A stretch of 64,000 nt of DNA from assembly GCA_015069195.1 (NCBI GenBank), contig SVJA01000004.1, positions 10,978-74,977 of the forward strand, read 5' to 3'. Each line of letters starts with the position of its first letter. Positions within the stretch are counted from its first letter, which is position 1. The notes below the pieces were generated by a model. It had not been told where the DNA came from and made no database searches. It worked only from the letters and a program-made list of their open reading frames with translations. This stretch comes from Oscillospiraceae bacterium (GTDB taxonomy: Bacteria > Bacillota > Clostridia > UBA1212). Positions 29,367 to 38,680 of the stretch are shown here, piece by piece. A program made the translations under genes and the position numbers.

Positions 29367-31037
29367 ATGGCTACTAAAGCTTACTTTAAAACAGAAGAGA
29401 TCGGAAAGGGCAAAGTTGGTTTTGCAAAGACCCGTTCTATCATCGAAGCAGCTTTTTACGGAAATAATGTTGAGAAAGTAACTTCTCTTGCACAGGCTTA
29501 CGAGCTTGCTAAAAATTCACCCGGAACTATCGTAACTGATATGCCGGTATACAAAGGAGAGACTTTTGGCCTTCCGGCTGATGCTAAAGTACTTTTGTTC
29601 AACGACGGTTCTATCACAGGTCGATATGCCGCTGCGAGAAGAATTGCAGGTGAGCCCGGCGTTGATTGCGAGTCTCTTGACAAACTCGTTATGGATGCTG
29701 TTTATGACACAAGATGGAAAAAGATGTATCATGCAGAAGTTTTCATCGGCCTTGATCCGGAGTTTATGGTTAAGGCACACCTTCTTATTCCTCAGGGCGA
29801 GGAGAACATTATGTACTCTTGGATGCTCAACTTCCAGTATATGAGCGAGCAGTACATTGAGATGTACAAGAATTCAAAGGTTTATGACAACGAGGCTGAC
29901 ATTTACATATTCTCAGATCCTCAGTGGAAGGGTTCTGACAGAACTGATATCTGCGACGGAAAGTGCCTCTCATATTTCAACACTGCTACAAACTGTGCAG
30001 CTATTTTGGGTATGAAGTATTTCGGTGAGCATAAGAAGGGTACTCTTACAATCGGTTGGGCTATCGCTAACAGAAACGGTTATGCATCATGCCACGGCGG
30101 TCAGAAAGAGTATTTGCTTGCTGACGGCAAGAAATATGTTGCATCTGTATTTGGACTTTCAGGTTCAGGTAAGTCTACTATCACACATGCTAAGCACGGT
30201 GGTAAGTACGGCGTAACTGTATTGCACGATGATGCTTTCATTATCAATACTGAGACATGTTCTTCTGTTGCTATGGAGCCTACATATTTTGATAAGACTG
30301 CTGACTATCCGACAGGTTGCGAGGATAACAAATATTTGCTTACAGCACAGAACTGCTCCGCTACTTTGGATGCAGACGGAAAAGTTGTTCTTGTAACAGA
30401 GGACATCAGAAACGGTAACGGCCGTGCGATTAAGTCAAAGCTTTGGTCACCTAACCGTGTTGATAAAATCGATGCACCGGTTAATGCGATTTTCTGGATT
30501 ATGAAAGATCCTACAATTCCTCCGGTTGTTAAACTCAAAGGTGCTTCACTTGCATCAGTTATGGGTGCTACACTTGCTACAAAGCGTTCAACTGCCGAAA
30601 GACTTGCTCCCGGCGTTGACCCGAATGCACTCGTTGTTGAGCCTTACGCTAACCCGTTCAGAACTTATCCGCTCGTAAATGACTACGAGAAGTTCAAAAA
30701 GCTTGTTGGTGACAAGAATGTTGATTGCTATATCATCAACACAGGCGACTTTATGGGTAAGAAAGTTCAGCCTAAGGATACTCTCGGAGTTATCGAAGCT
30801 ATCGTAGAAGGCAAAGCAGACTTCAAACCTTGGGGACCGTTTGAGGATATCGAAATCTTTGAGTGGGAAGGATTCGTTCCGGATCTTAACGATGCAGAGT
30901 ATGTAAAACAGCTCAAAGCTCGTATGCACGACAGACTCGAGTTTGTTCAATCCAGAGACGATGTAAAGGGTGGCTTTGATAAGCTTCCTGCTGACGCTGT
31001 TGCAGCACTTGCAAAAGTTATTGCAGAGCTTGGCTGA
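29367..31037 (+). CDS. pckA: Phosphoenolpyruvate carboxykinase (ATP)
   Basis: Kinase-1a region VFGLSGSGKSTIT; PEPCK-ATP family length and architecture. Confidence 0.88.
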   Translation: MATKAYFKTEEIGKGKVGFAKTRSIIEAAFYGNNVEKVTSLAQAYELAKNSPGTIVTDMPVYKGETFGLPADAKVLLFNDGSITGRYAAARRIAGEPGVDCESLDKLVMDAVYDTRWKKMYHAEVFIGLDPEFMVKAHLLIPQGEENIMYSWMLNFQYMSEQYIEMYKNSKVYDNEADIYIFSDPQWKGSDRTDICDGKCLSYFNTATNCAAILGMKYFGEHKKGTLTIGWAIANRNGYASCHGGQKEYLLADGKKYVASVFGLSGSGKSTITHAKHGGKYGVTVLHDDAFIINTETCSSVAMEPTYFDKTADYPTGCEDNKYLLTAQNCSATLDADGKVVLVTEDIRNGNGRAIKSKLWSPNRVDKIDAPVNAIFWIMKDPTIPPVVKLKGASLASVMGATLATKRSTAERLAPGVDPNALVVEPYANPFRTYPLVNDYEKFKKLVGDKNVDCYIINTGDFMGKKVQPKDTLGVIEAIVEGKADFKPWGPFEDIEIFEWEGFVPDLNDAEYVKQLKARMHDRLEFVQSRDDVKGGFDKLPADAVAALAKVIAELG

Positions 31038-31066
31038 TAAAAATTTAAACATATAAAAATTTTAGG

Positions 31067-31105
31067 CACCACAGTTTCCGTGAGGAAACTGTGGTGCTTT
31101 TGTGT
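31067..31105 (+). terminator. Intrinsic terminator after pckA
   Basis: AGGCACCACAGTTTCC-gtga-GGAAACTGTGGTGCTTTTGTG. Confidence 0.8.
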
Positions 31106-31117
31106 GTAGTGATTTGT

Positions 31118-31146
31118 TATGCGCGAATTTACTTTTGCCCTTCATT
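31118..31146 (+). promoter_or_regulatory. Promoter TTTACT-17-TATAAT for the unknown-gene / sbcDC operon
   Basis: TTTACT at 31118-31123, 17-nt spacer, perfect TATAAT at 31141-31146. Confidence 0.55.
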
Positions 31147-31176
31147 GAATTATAATGAACCAAAGGCGGTGACTCT

Positions 31177-31989
31177 ATGGGATTATTCAAATTTTTTCAC
31201 ACAACAAAAACTTATGAAGAGGATATTCAAAGGGAGAAAGATTGTGTTACCAGAATAAAACAGGCTGTCAGCCAAAGGTGCGGTATTGATAATTTTATAG
31301 ATTACGACGAGTTCACGGTTGCTTTTTCAGGTTCAAAAGATAATATGGAATTGATGCTTGAAATTTGTACTCAAAAGTGTGAAGGCAAAAAATATCTGTA
31401 TGCTTCCGTTGATGATGACGTTTCGTGGCAAGAATGGGATTTTGATAACACTGAAGAGTTTGAAAACAGTATTATCGAATTTATCGCAAATCGTGTTAAT
31501 CGCACCATAAAAACTGTTACGGAAGTGAATAATAAGAGTTTTCGGGTTGCATCGTATTATTTAGATGAAAATAATGAGTGGGTGTGTTTCGAAGATGAGA
31601 GTTCCTATAGTAAGTTATTTTGCTATATTACAGCACACTTGACGAAAACAAGTGAAATAATAAAAACTTATAAGCTAGAGACCGGTACTGATATTGAATC
31701 GGAGATTAATCAATCTTCTTGGGATGACAAGTATAAGAAGTTGGATTTAAATGACGGAAAACTGCAAAGTTTTTGCGATGACGATGAAGATATGTTGCTA
31801 ATCACGTATGAAGATGGTATGCAGATAGATGTCGGTTACATTAAAGCGGAAGAAAGTTACTATATTACTGTCGTACAAGATGAAACAATAGAGTCGTGGA
31901 ATAATCCGCTGGGAGTAGTTGTGATTACCGATAAATCAAAAATACCGGAAGAATTACAAAAAGCAATATATAAATATCGAAATATGTAG
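31177..31989 (+). CDS. Hypothetical protein (270 aa), first gene of the sbcDC operon; has a paralog at 47756..48238
   Basis: FIDYDEFTVAFSGSKDNMELM..SWQEWDFDNTEEFENSIIEFIANRVNRTIKTVTEV aligns with FIDINETSAAFSGTKDNFDLY..EWKEWDFKSQDDFENAIVEWLCKRINHTIKTVTEM of the minus-strand paralog. No known domain recognised. Confidence 0.7.
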   Translation: MGLFKFFHTTKTYEEDIQREKDCVTRIKQAVSQRCGIDNFIDYDEFTVAFSGSKDNMELMLEICTQKCEGKKYLYASVDDDVSWQEWDFDNTEEFENSIIEFIANRVNRTIKTVTEVNNKSFRVASYYLDENNEWVCFEDESSYSKLFCYITAHLTKTSEIIKTYKLETGTDIESEINQSSWDDKYKKLDLNDGKLQSFCDDDEDMLLITYEDGMQIDVGYIKAEESYYITVVQDETIESWNNPLGVVVITDKSKIPEELQKAIYKYRNM

Positions 31990-32008
31990 TATACCTACGG
32001 AGGGTCAT

Positions 32009-33148
32009 ATGAAATTCCTACACATTGCTGACCTTCACATCGGAAAACGAGTTAATGAGTTTTCGATGATAGAAGATCAAAAATATATACTTAATGGAAT
32101 ACTGAAAATCATTGATTCGGAGAAAGTACAGACCGTGCTTATGGCGGGTGACATTTACGATAAGGCAGTACCGTCTGCTGAGGCGGTGCAGCTTTTTGAT
32201 ACCTTTTTGACGAGGCTTGTGAAAAAAGACATAAAGGTTTTTGCCGTGAGCGGAAACCATGATTCTGCGGAGAGAATTGCCTTTGCGTCACAGATTATGA
32301 AAGACAGCGGTGTGTATATGTCACCGGTTTATGACGGCGTGGTTAAACCGATAAAAATGACGGACGAGTTCGGAGAGGTAAATATTTATTTGTTGCCTTT
32401 TATAAAACCGATACATGTGAGAAGTTGTTTTGATGATGCAGAGGAAATCCGTACGTATGACGATGCGGTAAAGTTTGCCGTTGAGAAGATGAATGTTGAT
32501 ACGGAGGCAAGAAATGTAATTGTTGCTCATCAGTTTGTTACGGGTGCGGAAAGATGCGATTCGGAGGAAGTTTCGGTAGGCGGCCTTGATGATATAGAGT
32601 ACCATGCGTTTGATAAGTTTGATTATGCGGCGCTCGGACACATTCACGGAGCACAGCACATAGGCAGAGCCGAGGTCAGATACAGCGGTACTCCGCTCAA
32701 ATATTCATTCTCGGAAGTGAAACATAAAAAATCGGTGACGATTGTTGATATAAAAGAAAAAGGCAGGGTGGAAATTACTACCGTTCCGCTTGTGCCGCTT
32801 CACGATATGCGTGAGATAAAGGGTACATATATGGATGTCAGCAACAGACAGAATTATGAAGGTACAGATACCGAGGACTATATGCATATTACATTGACCG
32901 ACGAAGAGGATGTGCCGGATGCGATAGCAAAGCTTCGTGCAATTTATCCTAACATTATGTGTCTTGATTACGACAACAAACGCACGCGGAACTACAATGT
33001 TATCGACAGTGCAGATATAAGCAAAAATAAAAGTCCTGTTGAACTTTTTGCGGAACTGTATGAAAAGCAAAACAACAGCGAAATGTCGGATGCACAGAGA
33101 GAGATAGTAGAGAAAATTGTTGAAGAAGTAACGGAGGGAGCAGTATGA
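32009..33148 (+). CDS. sbcD: Exonuclease SbcD (Mre11-family metallophosphoesterase)
   Basis: MKFLHIADLHIGK, GDIYDK, GNHDS motifs. Confidence 0.85.
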   Translation: MKFLHIADLHIGKRVNEFSMIEDQKYILNGILKIIDSEKVQTVLMAGDIYDKAVPSAEAVQLFDTFLTRLVKKDIKVFAVSGNHDSAERIAFASQIMKDSGVYMSPVYDGVVKPIKMTDEFGEVNIYLLPFIKPIHVRSCFDDAEEIRTYDDAVKFAVEKMNVDTEARNVIVAHQFVTGAERCDSEEVSVGGLDDIEYHAFDKFDYAALGHIHGAQHIGRAEVRYSGTPLKYSFSEVKHKKSVTIVDIKEKGRVEITTVPLVPLHDMREIKGTYMDVSNRQNYEGTDTEDYMHITLTDEEDVPDAIAKLRAIYPNIMCLDYDNKRTRNYNVIDSADISKNKSPVELFAELYEKQNNSEMSDAQREIVEKIVEEVTEGAV

Positions 33149-35919
33149 AACCGATAAAACTTACAGTGTCTGCTTTCGGTCCGTATGCAGATAAAAAAGT
33201 GATTGATTTCGGGCTTTTAGGTGCGTCAGGCATTTATCTCATTACCGGAGATACCGGAGCGGGAAAAACGACCGTTTTTGACGCCATATCCTTTGCTCTG
33301 TTCGGAGAGGCAAGCGGTGAGATGCGAGAACCAGCGATGCTTAGAAGTAAATATGCTACGCCTGATGTACCGACGTATGCAGAACTTGAATTTGAAAACA
33401 AAGGAAAAGTATATCGTGTAAAAAGAAATCCCGAGTACGAAAGACCGCGCGAACGCGGAGAGGGTATGACGACGGAAAAGCCGAATGCAGAACTTGTATT
33501 TTCCGACGGCAGAACACCGGTTACAAAATACACGGAAGTAACCGCGGCGATAACTGAAATTTTAGGTTTTGATCGCAAACAATTTACCCAGATAGCGATG
33601 ATTGCACAGGGCGATTTTATGAAGCTTCTGACCGCTGATACCGACAACCGCGGAAAGATATTGAGAGATATTTTCAAAACAAAAATGTACGCTGACATTC
33701 AGGAAGAAATCAAAAAGTTTTCCCTGGAAATAAGCAAGCGTTATGAGACTCTCAAAAAAAGCACAGAGCAGTATATAAACGGAATCCGTGTCGATGAAAC
33801 AAGTGAATTTTATTATGAAGCGGACAGGCTGAAAGGACTTTTGAAAAAATCGTGTCCTTTTGAAGATGCGGTAAGACTTCTTGAAGATATTATAAAAGAA
33901 GACAGCGGAAAAATTCGTGAGATTGACACCAAGATTGCGGAGATAAACGCAAAAATCAAAGAACTTGATACATTGTACGGAAAAGTTGAAACGGCAGAGA
34001 AATCCGTTGCAGAGATAAGTCGTCTTATAGCTGAAAGAGAAAAGGCGTTGGAAGTCGCAGAGCAGAAAGCTAAACTGTATGAAGAAAAGAAATCTTTGAT
34101 TGCAGAAGCGGAAGCTTTGACAGGTAGAATCGCAGAACTTAAAGCCACTGCTGAAAAGTACGGAGCGCAGACAAAATTAAATGAAGCCATTGAACTTTTA
34201 AATAAAGAAATTGTTTTGATAAACGGCCGAGTATCTGCTTTGCAGAAGAAAAAAGCCGACACGGAAAAAGAACTTGAACATTTGAAAAAAGAACAGTTGG
34301 CTTTGAAAGGTTCCGACAAAAAATTAATCGAACTCAAAAATTCTCTTGAAGCTCACAACAGACGAAGAGAAGAACTCCGCATAATATATACAGATTTGCA
34401 ACAATACAAAACCATAAAGGCGGAATGGCAGACTTTGACGGCAGAATATAAGGCCGCGGCAGAGATATGCGATGCATCAAATCATAGATATTTGGCCGCT
34501 GAGAGAGCATTTTTGGATGCACAGGCAGGTATTCTCGCAAAAAAATTGGTAGACGGCGAATGTTGCCCCGTATGCGGATCTGTTTCGCATCCGGCACCGG
34601 CGGTACTTCACGCAGATGCTCCGTCGGAAGATGATGTAAAATCATTAAAAGCACAATATGAAAAAGATCATAAAGCTGCAGTTGAATTGAGTGAAAAGGC
34701 GAGCGGTAAAAAAGCAGAAGCTGAAACGCTGTGGAAAAAGATTGTTGCTGAAACGACAGTTTTCGGTGTTCTTACAGCAGAGGAACTTTTAGTTGCAGTG
34801 TCCGAAGAAGGCAAAAAAGAAAAGCAGAGCATTGATGATATAAATGCCGAAATAAAGGTTTGTGAGGCCGGTGCAAAACGTCTTACGGAAATCGAAGACG
34901 ATTTGCCACTCAAAGAAAAAGCTCTTTCAGATACAAACGACGCTCTTTCGAATGCAAAAGCTGAGGCGGCTACCGCAACGGCAAAATTATCTGAAACAGA
35001 AAAGCAACTTGCCGATATAAATAAAACACTTGAATTTGACAGCATAGATGCTTTGAACGGTGCAGTGAAAACTGCTGAAAAAAGAAAAACAGATATTGAA
35101 ACTGAACTTGAAAAAGCAAAGAAAGAAGCAGAAGACTCGCAAAAACGAGCAGACGAATTAAATGCCTCAATAAAGGCGCTTGAAAAGAATCTGGATAAGA
35201 CTTTGCCTTTGGATAAAGAAACGTTGACAGAGAACCGTAAGGCGCTTAAAACTGAATTAGCAACACTTAATTCAGAACGTGACAGAGCAACTTCACGATT
35301 TGATGCCAATAGCGAAACACTTGCCGCTATAAAATCAAATCTTGCCGAATCTGTAAAAACCGAGGCACAGTATCAGACTGCCGTAGCTCTGTCAAATACC
35401 GCAAACGGAAATGTTTCAGGCAAAGAGAAAATAAGCTTTGAAACATTTGTTCAGGCAACTTACTTTGAACGAATTATACGTCGTGCAAACATTCTGCTTA
35501 TGGATATGAGCCACGGTCAATTTGAATTGAAACGTCGTGAAAAAGCTGATAATCACAGAAATAAAAGCGGTCTTGAACTCGATGTAATCGACCACTACAA
35601 CGGTACCGAAAGAAGTGTAAAAACTCTTTCCGGCGGTGAATCGTTTAAAGCTGCACTTGCACTTGCTCTTGGTTTATCGAATGAAATCCAATCAATGGCA
35701 GGCGGCATTCGCATCGATTCAATGTTTATCGACGAAGGTTTCGGTTCGCTTGACTCAGAATCACTTGATCAGGCAATAAAAGTCCTCAACCAACTTTCTG
35801 ACGGCAATCGTATCGTAGGAATAATTTCTCACGTAGCAGAACTTAAAAATCGCATAGAAAAGCAAATTGTTGTCACTAAAGATAAAACCGGTGGCAGCAA
35901 TGTAAAAGTGGTAGTGTAA
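33145..35919 (+). CDS. sbcC: Exonuclease SbcC (Rad50-like SMC ATPase with zinc hook)
   Basis: Walker A GDTGAGKTT, long coiled coil, central CPVCGS zinc hook, C-terminal LSGGESF signature and D-loop. 4-nt overlap with sbcD. Confidence 0.85.
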   Translation: MKPIKLTVSAFGPYADKKVIDFGLLGASGIYLITGDTGAGKTTVFDAISFALFGEASGEMREPAMLRSKYATPDVPTYAELEFENKGKVYRVKRNPEYERPRERGEGMTTEKPNAELVFSDGRTPVTKYTEVTAAITEILGFDRKQFTQIAMIAQGDFMKLLTADTDNRGKILRDIFKTKMYADIQEEIKKFSLEISKRYETLKKSTEQYINGIRVDETSEFYYEADRLKGLLKKSCPFEDAVRLLEDIIKEDSGKIREIDTKIAEINAKIKELDTLYGKVETAEKSVAEISRLIAEREKALEVAEQKAKLYEEKKSLIAEAEALTGRIAELKATAEKYGAQTKLNEAIELLNKEIVLINGRVSALQKKKADTEKELEHLKKEQLALKGSDKKLIELKNSLEAHNRRREELRIIYTDLQQYKTIKAEWQTLTAEYKAAAEICDASNHRYLAAERAFLDAQAGILAKKLVDGECCPVCGSVSHPAPAVLHADAPSEDDVKSLKAQYEKDHKAAVELSEKASGKKAEAETLWKKIVAETTVFGVLTAEELLVAVSEEGKKEKQSIDDINAEIKVCEAGAKRLTEIEDDLPLKEKALSDTNDALSNAKAEAATATAKLSETEKQLADINKTLEFDSIDALNGAVKTAEKRKTDIETELEKAKKEAEDSQKRADELNASIKALEKNLDKTLPLDKETLTENRKALKTELATLNSERDRATSRFDANSETLAAIKSNLAESVKTEAQYQTAVALSNTANGNVSGKEKISFETFVQATYFERIIRRANILLMDMSHGQFELKRREKADNHRNKSGLELDVIDHYNGTERSVKTLSGGESFKAALALALGLSNEIQSMAGGIRIDSMFIDEGFGSLDSESLDQAIKVLNQLSDGNRIVGIISHVAELKNRIEKQIVVTKDKTGGSNVKVVV

Positions 35920-35943
35920 ATTTTATCGAAGTAAAAAATATGT

Positions 35944-36140
35944 AGCGAAAGCGCGCCAACCTGTTTGGGTTTGGCCCGCTTTCGCTTTACCAACGGAGCC
36001 GCGGCTCCGTTGGTTCGAACAAGCTGTCGCAGAATCAATTCCCACAAGCTGTGGGAATTCTAAATTTTAACCTGAGGGAAACTCGAAGGAAGTCCTATAA
36101 ATAAACCCACAAATTGTGGGAAACCCTGTGGGTTTTATTT
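35944..36140. repeat. Cluster of four palindromes in the convergent intergenic region, including CCCACAA-N3-TGTGGG twice
   Basis: AGCGAAAGCGCGCC...GGCCCGCTTTCGCT; CCAACGGAGCCGCGGCTCCGTTGG; GAATTCCCACAAGCTGTGGGAATTC; AAACCCACAAATTGTGGGAAACCCTGTGGGTTTTATTTT. Confidence 0.5.
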
Positions 36141-36174
36141 TCGGGTCTGTCGAGCAAATAAGAATTTTGTCGAA

Positions 36175-36537
36175 TTACGTGGCACAAACGTTTGGATATT
36201 TTGCAAGTGCACATGCTCTGTGCGTCGCACCGTCATATTCTCGCTGTAAGAACTTTTCACAAGAACCCCAGTATTCGGGTCGCGAGAACGTTACAAGCGG
36301 ATAAGAAACCTCTTTTTTCCCCGAAAGATGAAATCTCATACAATCTTTGCATTTTCTGGAATCAAAATCCATTTTCCTTATGATGGGTTCAGCTTCTTGC
36401 TTTTGTTGGAATTTTTCACAGAAAGTCATATCGATAACCGGACCATGAAGTGAGCATAAAAGCATTCCGTCAATAAGTCTTCCGATATAGTTTTCGCAAG
36501 ATAGACAATTTATAATAACTGTCGAATTTTTAGGCAT
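36175..36537 (-). CDS. Cysteine-rich hypothetical protein (120 aa), putative metal-binding
   Basis: RBS AGGAG plus ATG. Eleven Cys, including CLSCEN, CSLHG and CKDC pairs. No recognised domain. Confidence 0.6.
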   Translation of the reverse strand: MPKNSTVIINCLSCENYIGRLIDGMLLCSLHGPVIDMTFCEKFQQKQEAEPIIRKMDFDSRKCKDCMRFHLSGKKEVSYPLVTFSRPEYWGSCEKFLQREYDGATHRACALAKYPNVCAT

Positions 36538-36616
36538 AATATCAACTCCTGTTGTCTTTTGTATTTAATTGTATAGACATTATAGCGGAGTTATGAGGAA
36601 AAGATTATTTCCCAGG

Positions 36617-36697
36617 AAATCTCCGTAGGTACAACAAAATATTATGGTTTACTTCTTACGGTCGTAAAATAGTATTTTGCTGTACCTACGGAGATTT
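36617..36697. terminator. Long near-perfect hairpin (~27-bp arms); second member of the hairpin family
   Basis: AAATCTCCGTAGGTACAACAAAATATT - loop ATGGTTTACTTCTTACGGTCGTAAAA - TAGTATTTTGCTGTACCTACGGAGATTTT. The loop shares ATGGTTTAC...CGTAAAA with the 28661 hairpin. Confidence 0.6.
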
Positions 36698-36817
36698 TGC
36701 TTAAATTATAAAAGTGTTGTTTAGTACCTATGGCTCTAAAAATAACTCTGTATATATTTATCAGATGTTTTACGAGGGCTTACAGTTTTTTCCATTTATG
36801 TAATTTTATTATCATTT

Positions 36818-36893
36818 ATGACGATTTTGAACGCAGTCATTTTGTTTGATTTTGGCGAAACAGTAAAATGATAGGTTTTAAAACGTAAAGCAT
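36818..36893. pseudogene. Degenerate third copy of the RNA/toxin module: promoter fragment fused directly to the RNA 3' terminator, plus an 18-aa toxin remnant on the minus strand
   Basis: TGACGATTTTGA matches the copy-A -35 region, then GAACGCAGTCATTTTGTTTGATTTT matches the copy-B 3' end. The minus strand encodes MLYVLKPIILLFRQNQTK*, ending like the toxin (..QQK*), with no RBS. Confidence 0.4.
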
Positions 36894-36907
36894 AATTGCC
36901 GGTATTT

Positions 36908-36920
36908 GTATATACGGATA
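36908..36920 (-). repeat. Degenerate partial duplicate of the tRNA-Leu 3' end (GTCCTGTTATCCG), 190 bp from the intact gene, same orientation
   Basis: CGGATAACAGGAC occurs at 36908-36920 and again at 37110-37122 inside the tRNA; the typical signature of an att-site duplication. Confidence 0.45.
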
Positions 36921-37062
36921 ACAGGACTGCGACTCGCCTGGAATGATTAAGGCTCGCTGCATAAGTTCGACATAGCCGTTCAACCTTCGCTGACACTCGG
37001 TTTCACGGTTTCTCACAAATTGAACCTTTACGGTTCTGCGTCCTGTTTATGAACTGATATTA

Positions 37063-37104
37063 AAATGTACAGGCACTACCTAACGGCAGTGCCTGTACAT
37101 TTTA
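37063..37104 (-). terminator. Hairpin terminator downstream of tRNA-Leu
   Basis: AAAATGTACAGGCACT-gccgttaggt-AGTGCCTGTACATTTT. Confidence 0.6.
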
Positions 37105-37107
37105 ATA

Positions 37108-37190
37108 TGCGGATAACAGGACTTGAACCTGCATGAAGTTGCCCTCACTGGTACCTGAAACCAGCGCGTCTGCCATTCCGCCATATCCGC
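37108..37190 (-). tRNA. tRNA-Leu (anticodon CAG), class II with long variable arm
   Basis: Reverse complement GCGGATATGGCGGAATGGCAGACGCGCTGGTTTCAGGTACCAGTGAGGGCAACTTCATGCAGGTTCAAGTCCTGTTATCCGC-A. 7-bp acceptor stem, anticodon loop TTCAGGT, T-loop TTCAAGT. Confidence 0.85.
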
Positions 37191-37485
37191 TTTTGACACT
37201 CTTTATTTTTACACGGCAAGAGCCGGCCGAGGCGGAGCACGAGGCTGTTTCCGCAGATATCATACTTCTCTTGTTTTTACACGACTGAGAGAAAGCCGAG
37301 GCGGAGCGTATGTCACCTACCAGGTACGCTTATATCCGCAAACGTTAAAATTATACCGCATAAGAAATTTAAATGCAACCTTTCATAAGAAATTTTGAAA
37401 GAATGAGGGCGTTGGTACGGCATACCTTTAGAAGACTGTTCATATATTGAGTACAGACGTAGTGAAGGAGGCATTTTTGTAGGAA

Positions 37486-38574
37486 ATGGCTATTGATATA
37501 GGGGCACTTGTGCAGGAATATTACGGGATACGTGTCATTAAATGTTGTAATACGCGTGAAGGCTGGGTTATAGAAAACGAGGTGCAGGAGAGACTTTTAT
37601 GCAGGGCGTTACCGCTTCGGGGTGAGAAAATTGTCGGAACTTATGTGATATTGAACCATTTGAGAGAGAATGGTTTTGAAAAGACTGACAGGTATGTTGC
37701 GGCGTTAAACGGGTTGCCTTTTATGCCGGGATACGGTGTGAATTATGTTTTGATGAGGCGGAGTGTCGGGCGTGAATGTGATATAAATTGCTGTGAGGAC
37801 CTTGCGGATGCTTCGAGGTTGCTTGCTGAGATGCACCTTGCTTCAAAGGGGTTTACCCAGCCTAAGGCGGTGGGTGAGCTGATGCGGTTCCATAATTTGA
37901 TTAATTCGCCTGAGGATGCAAGCGAGGAGCCGAGGCAGGGGCTCAGCGACGAGCGTGGAGAAGCGGTGTTTAATTTTAATTGCTACATAAAAAATGATTT
38001 GGGGAATATTCCCGATACATTTAAGCGGCGGCTTGAAGAATTGAAGAAATTCAGAAAGACGGCGAAGAAGAGCAGGAATACATTTGATTATGCGTATCTT
38101 TCCGTTGCAGATTATTATTGCAATCTGGCGGAGCAGATTTACGGTGAAATAGAGTTGTCGCCTTACAGAAAGTTGACGGAACTGTACTGCGAAGAAGGTT
38201 GCCTTTGTCACAGGGATTATACCGGACACAATATTTTGCTTGGGAAGAATGAGGCTGTACTGAATTTTGAAAGCTCGTGTATTGATTTACCTGTTTATGA
38301 TGTTGCGAATTTTCTGAGAAGGAGAATGCGAAAGTGCGGTTGGTCGGTGGAGGATGCCGAATTTATACTTAATAATTACAGCAAGACGAGGCCGCTTTCA
38401 GATGATGAAATAGTTGTTTTGAAAGTATTGCTTCAATTTCCGCAGAAGCTTTGGAGGATAATCAATAAATACTACAACAGCCGCAGATCGTGGTGTGAGA
38501 AAAGTTGCTTGATGCAACTTGAAGAGGTTAAGCAGGAAAAAGATCCGTTGGCGGAATTTGCAAAGAAATTTTAA
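37486..38574 (+). CDS. CotS-family spore coat protein / kinase-like phosphotransferase
   Basis: HRDYTGHNILL catalytic-loop-like motif. CotS/YutH-family length. RBS spacing is long (14 nt), so the start is slightly uncertain. Confidence 0.7.
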   Translation: MAIDIGALVQEYYGIRVIKCCNTREGWVIENEVQERLLCRALPLRGEKIVGTYVILNHLRENGFEKTDRYVAALNGLPFMPGYGVNYVLMRRSVGRECDINCCEDLADASRLLAEMHLASKGFTQPKAVGELMRFHNLINSPEDASEEPRQGLSDERGEAVFNFNCYIKNDLGNIPDTFKRRLEELKKFRKTAKKSRNTFDYAYLSVADYYCNLAEQIYGEIELSPYRKLTELYCEEGCLCHRDYTGHNILLGKNEAVLNFESSCIDLPVYDVANFLRRRMRKCGWSVEDAEFILNNYSKTRPLSDDEIVVLKVLLQFPQKLWRIINKYYNSRRSWCEKSCLMQLEEVKQEKDPLAEFAKKF

Positions 38575-38680
38575 TTTAATTCATTGAAATTAAGTCAAGC
38601 ACGCATATAAGCGGGGGATATTGCATAATATTTAGCGTATTCAAGGCGAGAATACATACATTTAAGGAGGTTAAAGAGCT

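Noticed and set aside
36908-37190. Complete integrated mobile element at tRNA-Leu
   Set aside because: Only 190 bp separate the tRNA and its partial duplicate, and no integrase or recombinase is present in the window; interpreted as a scar or remnant only.
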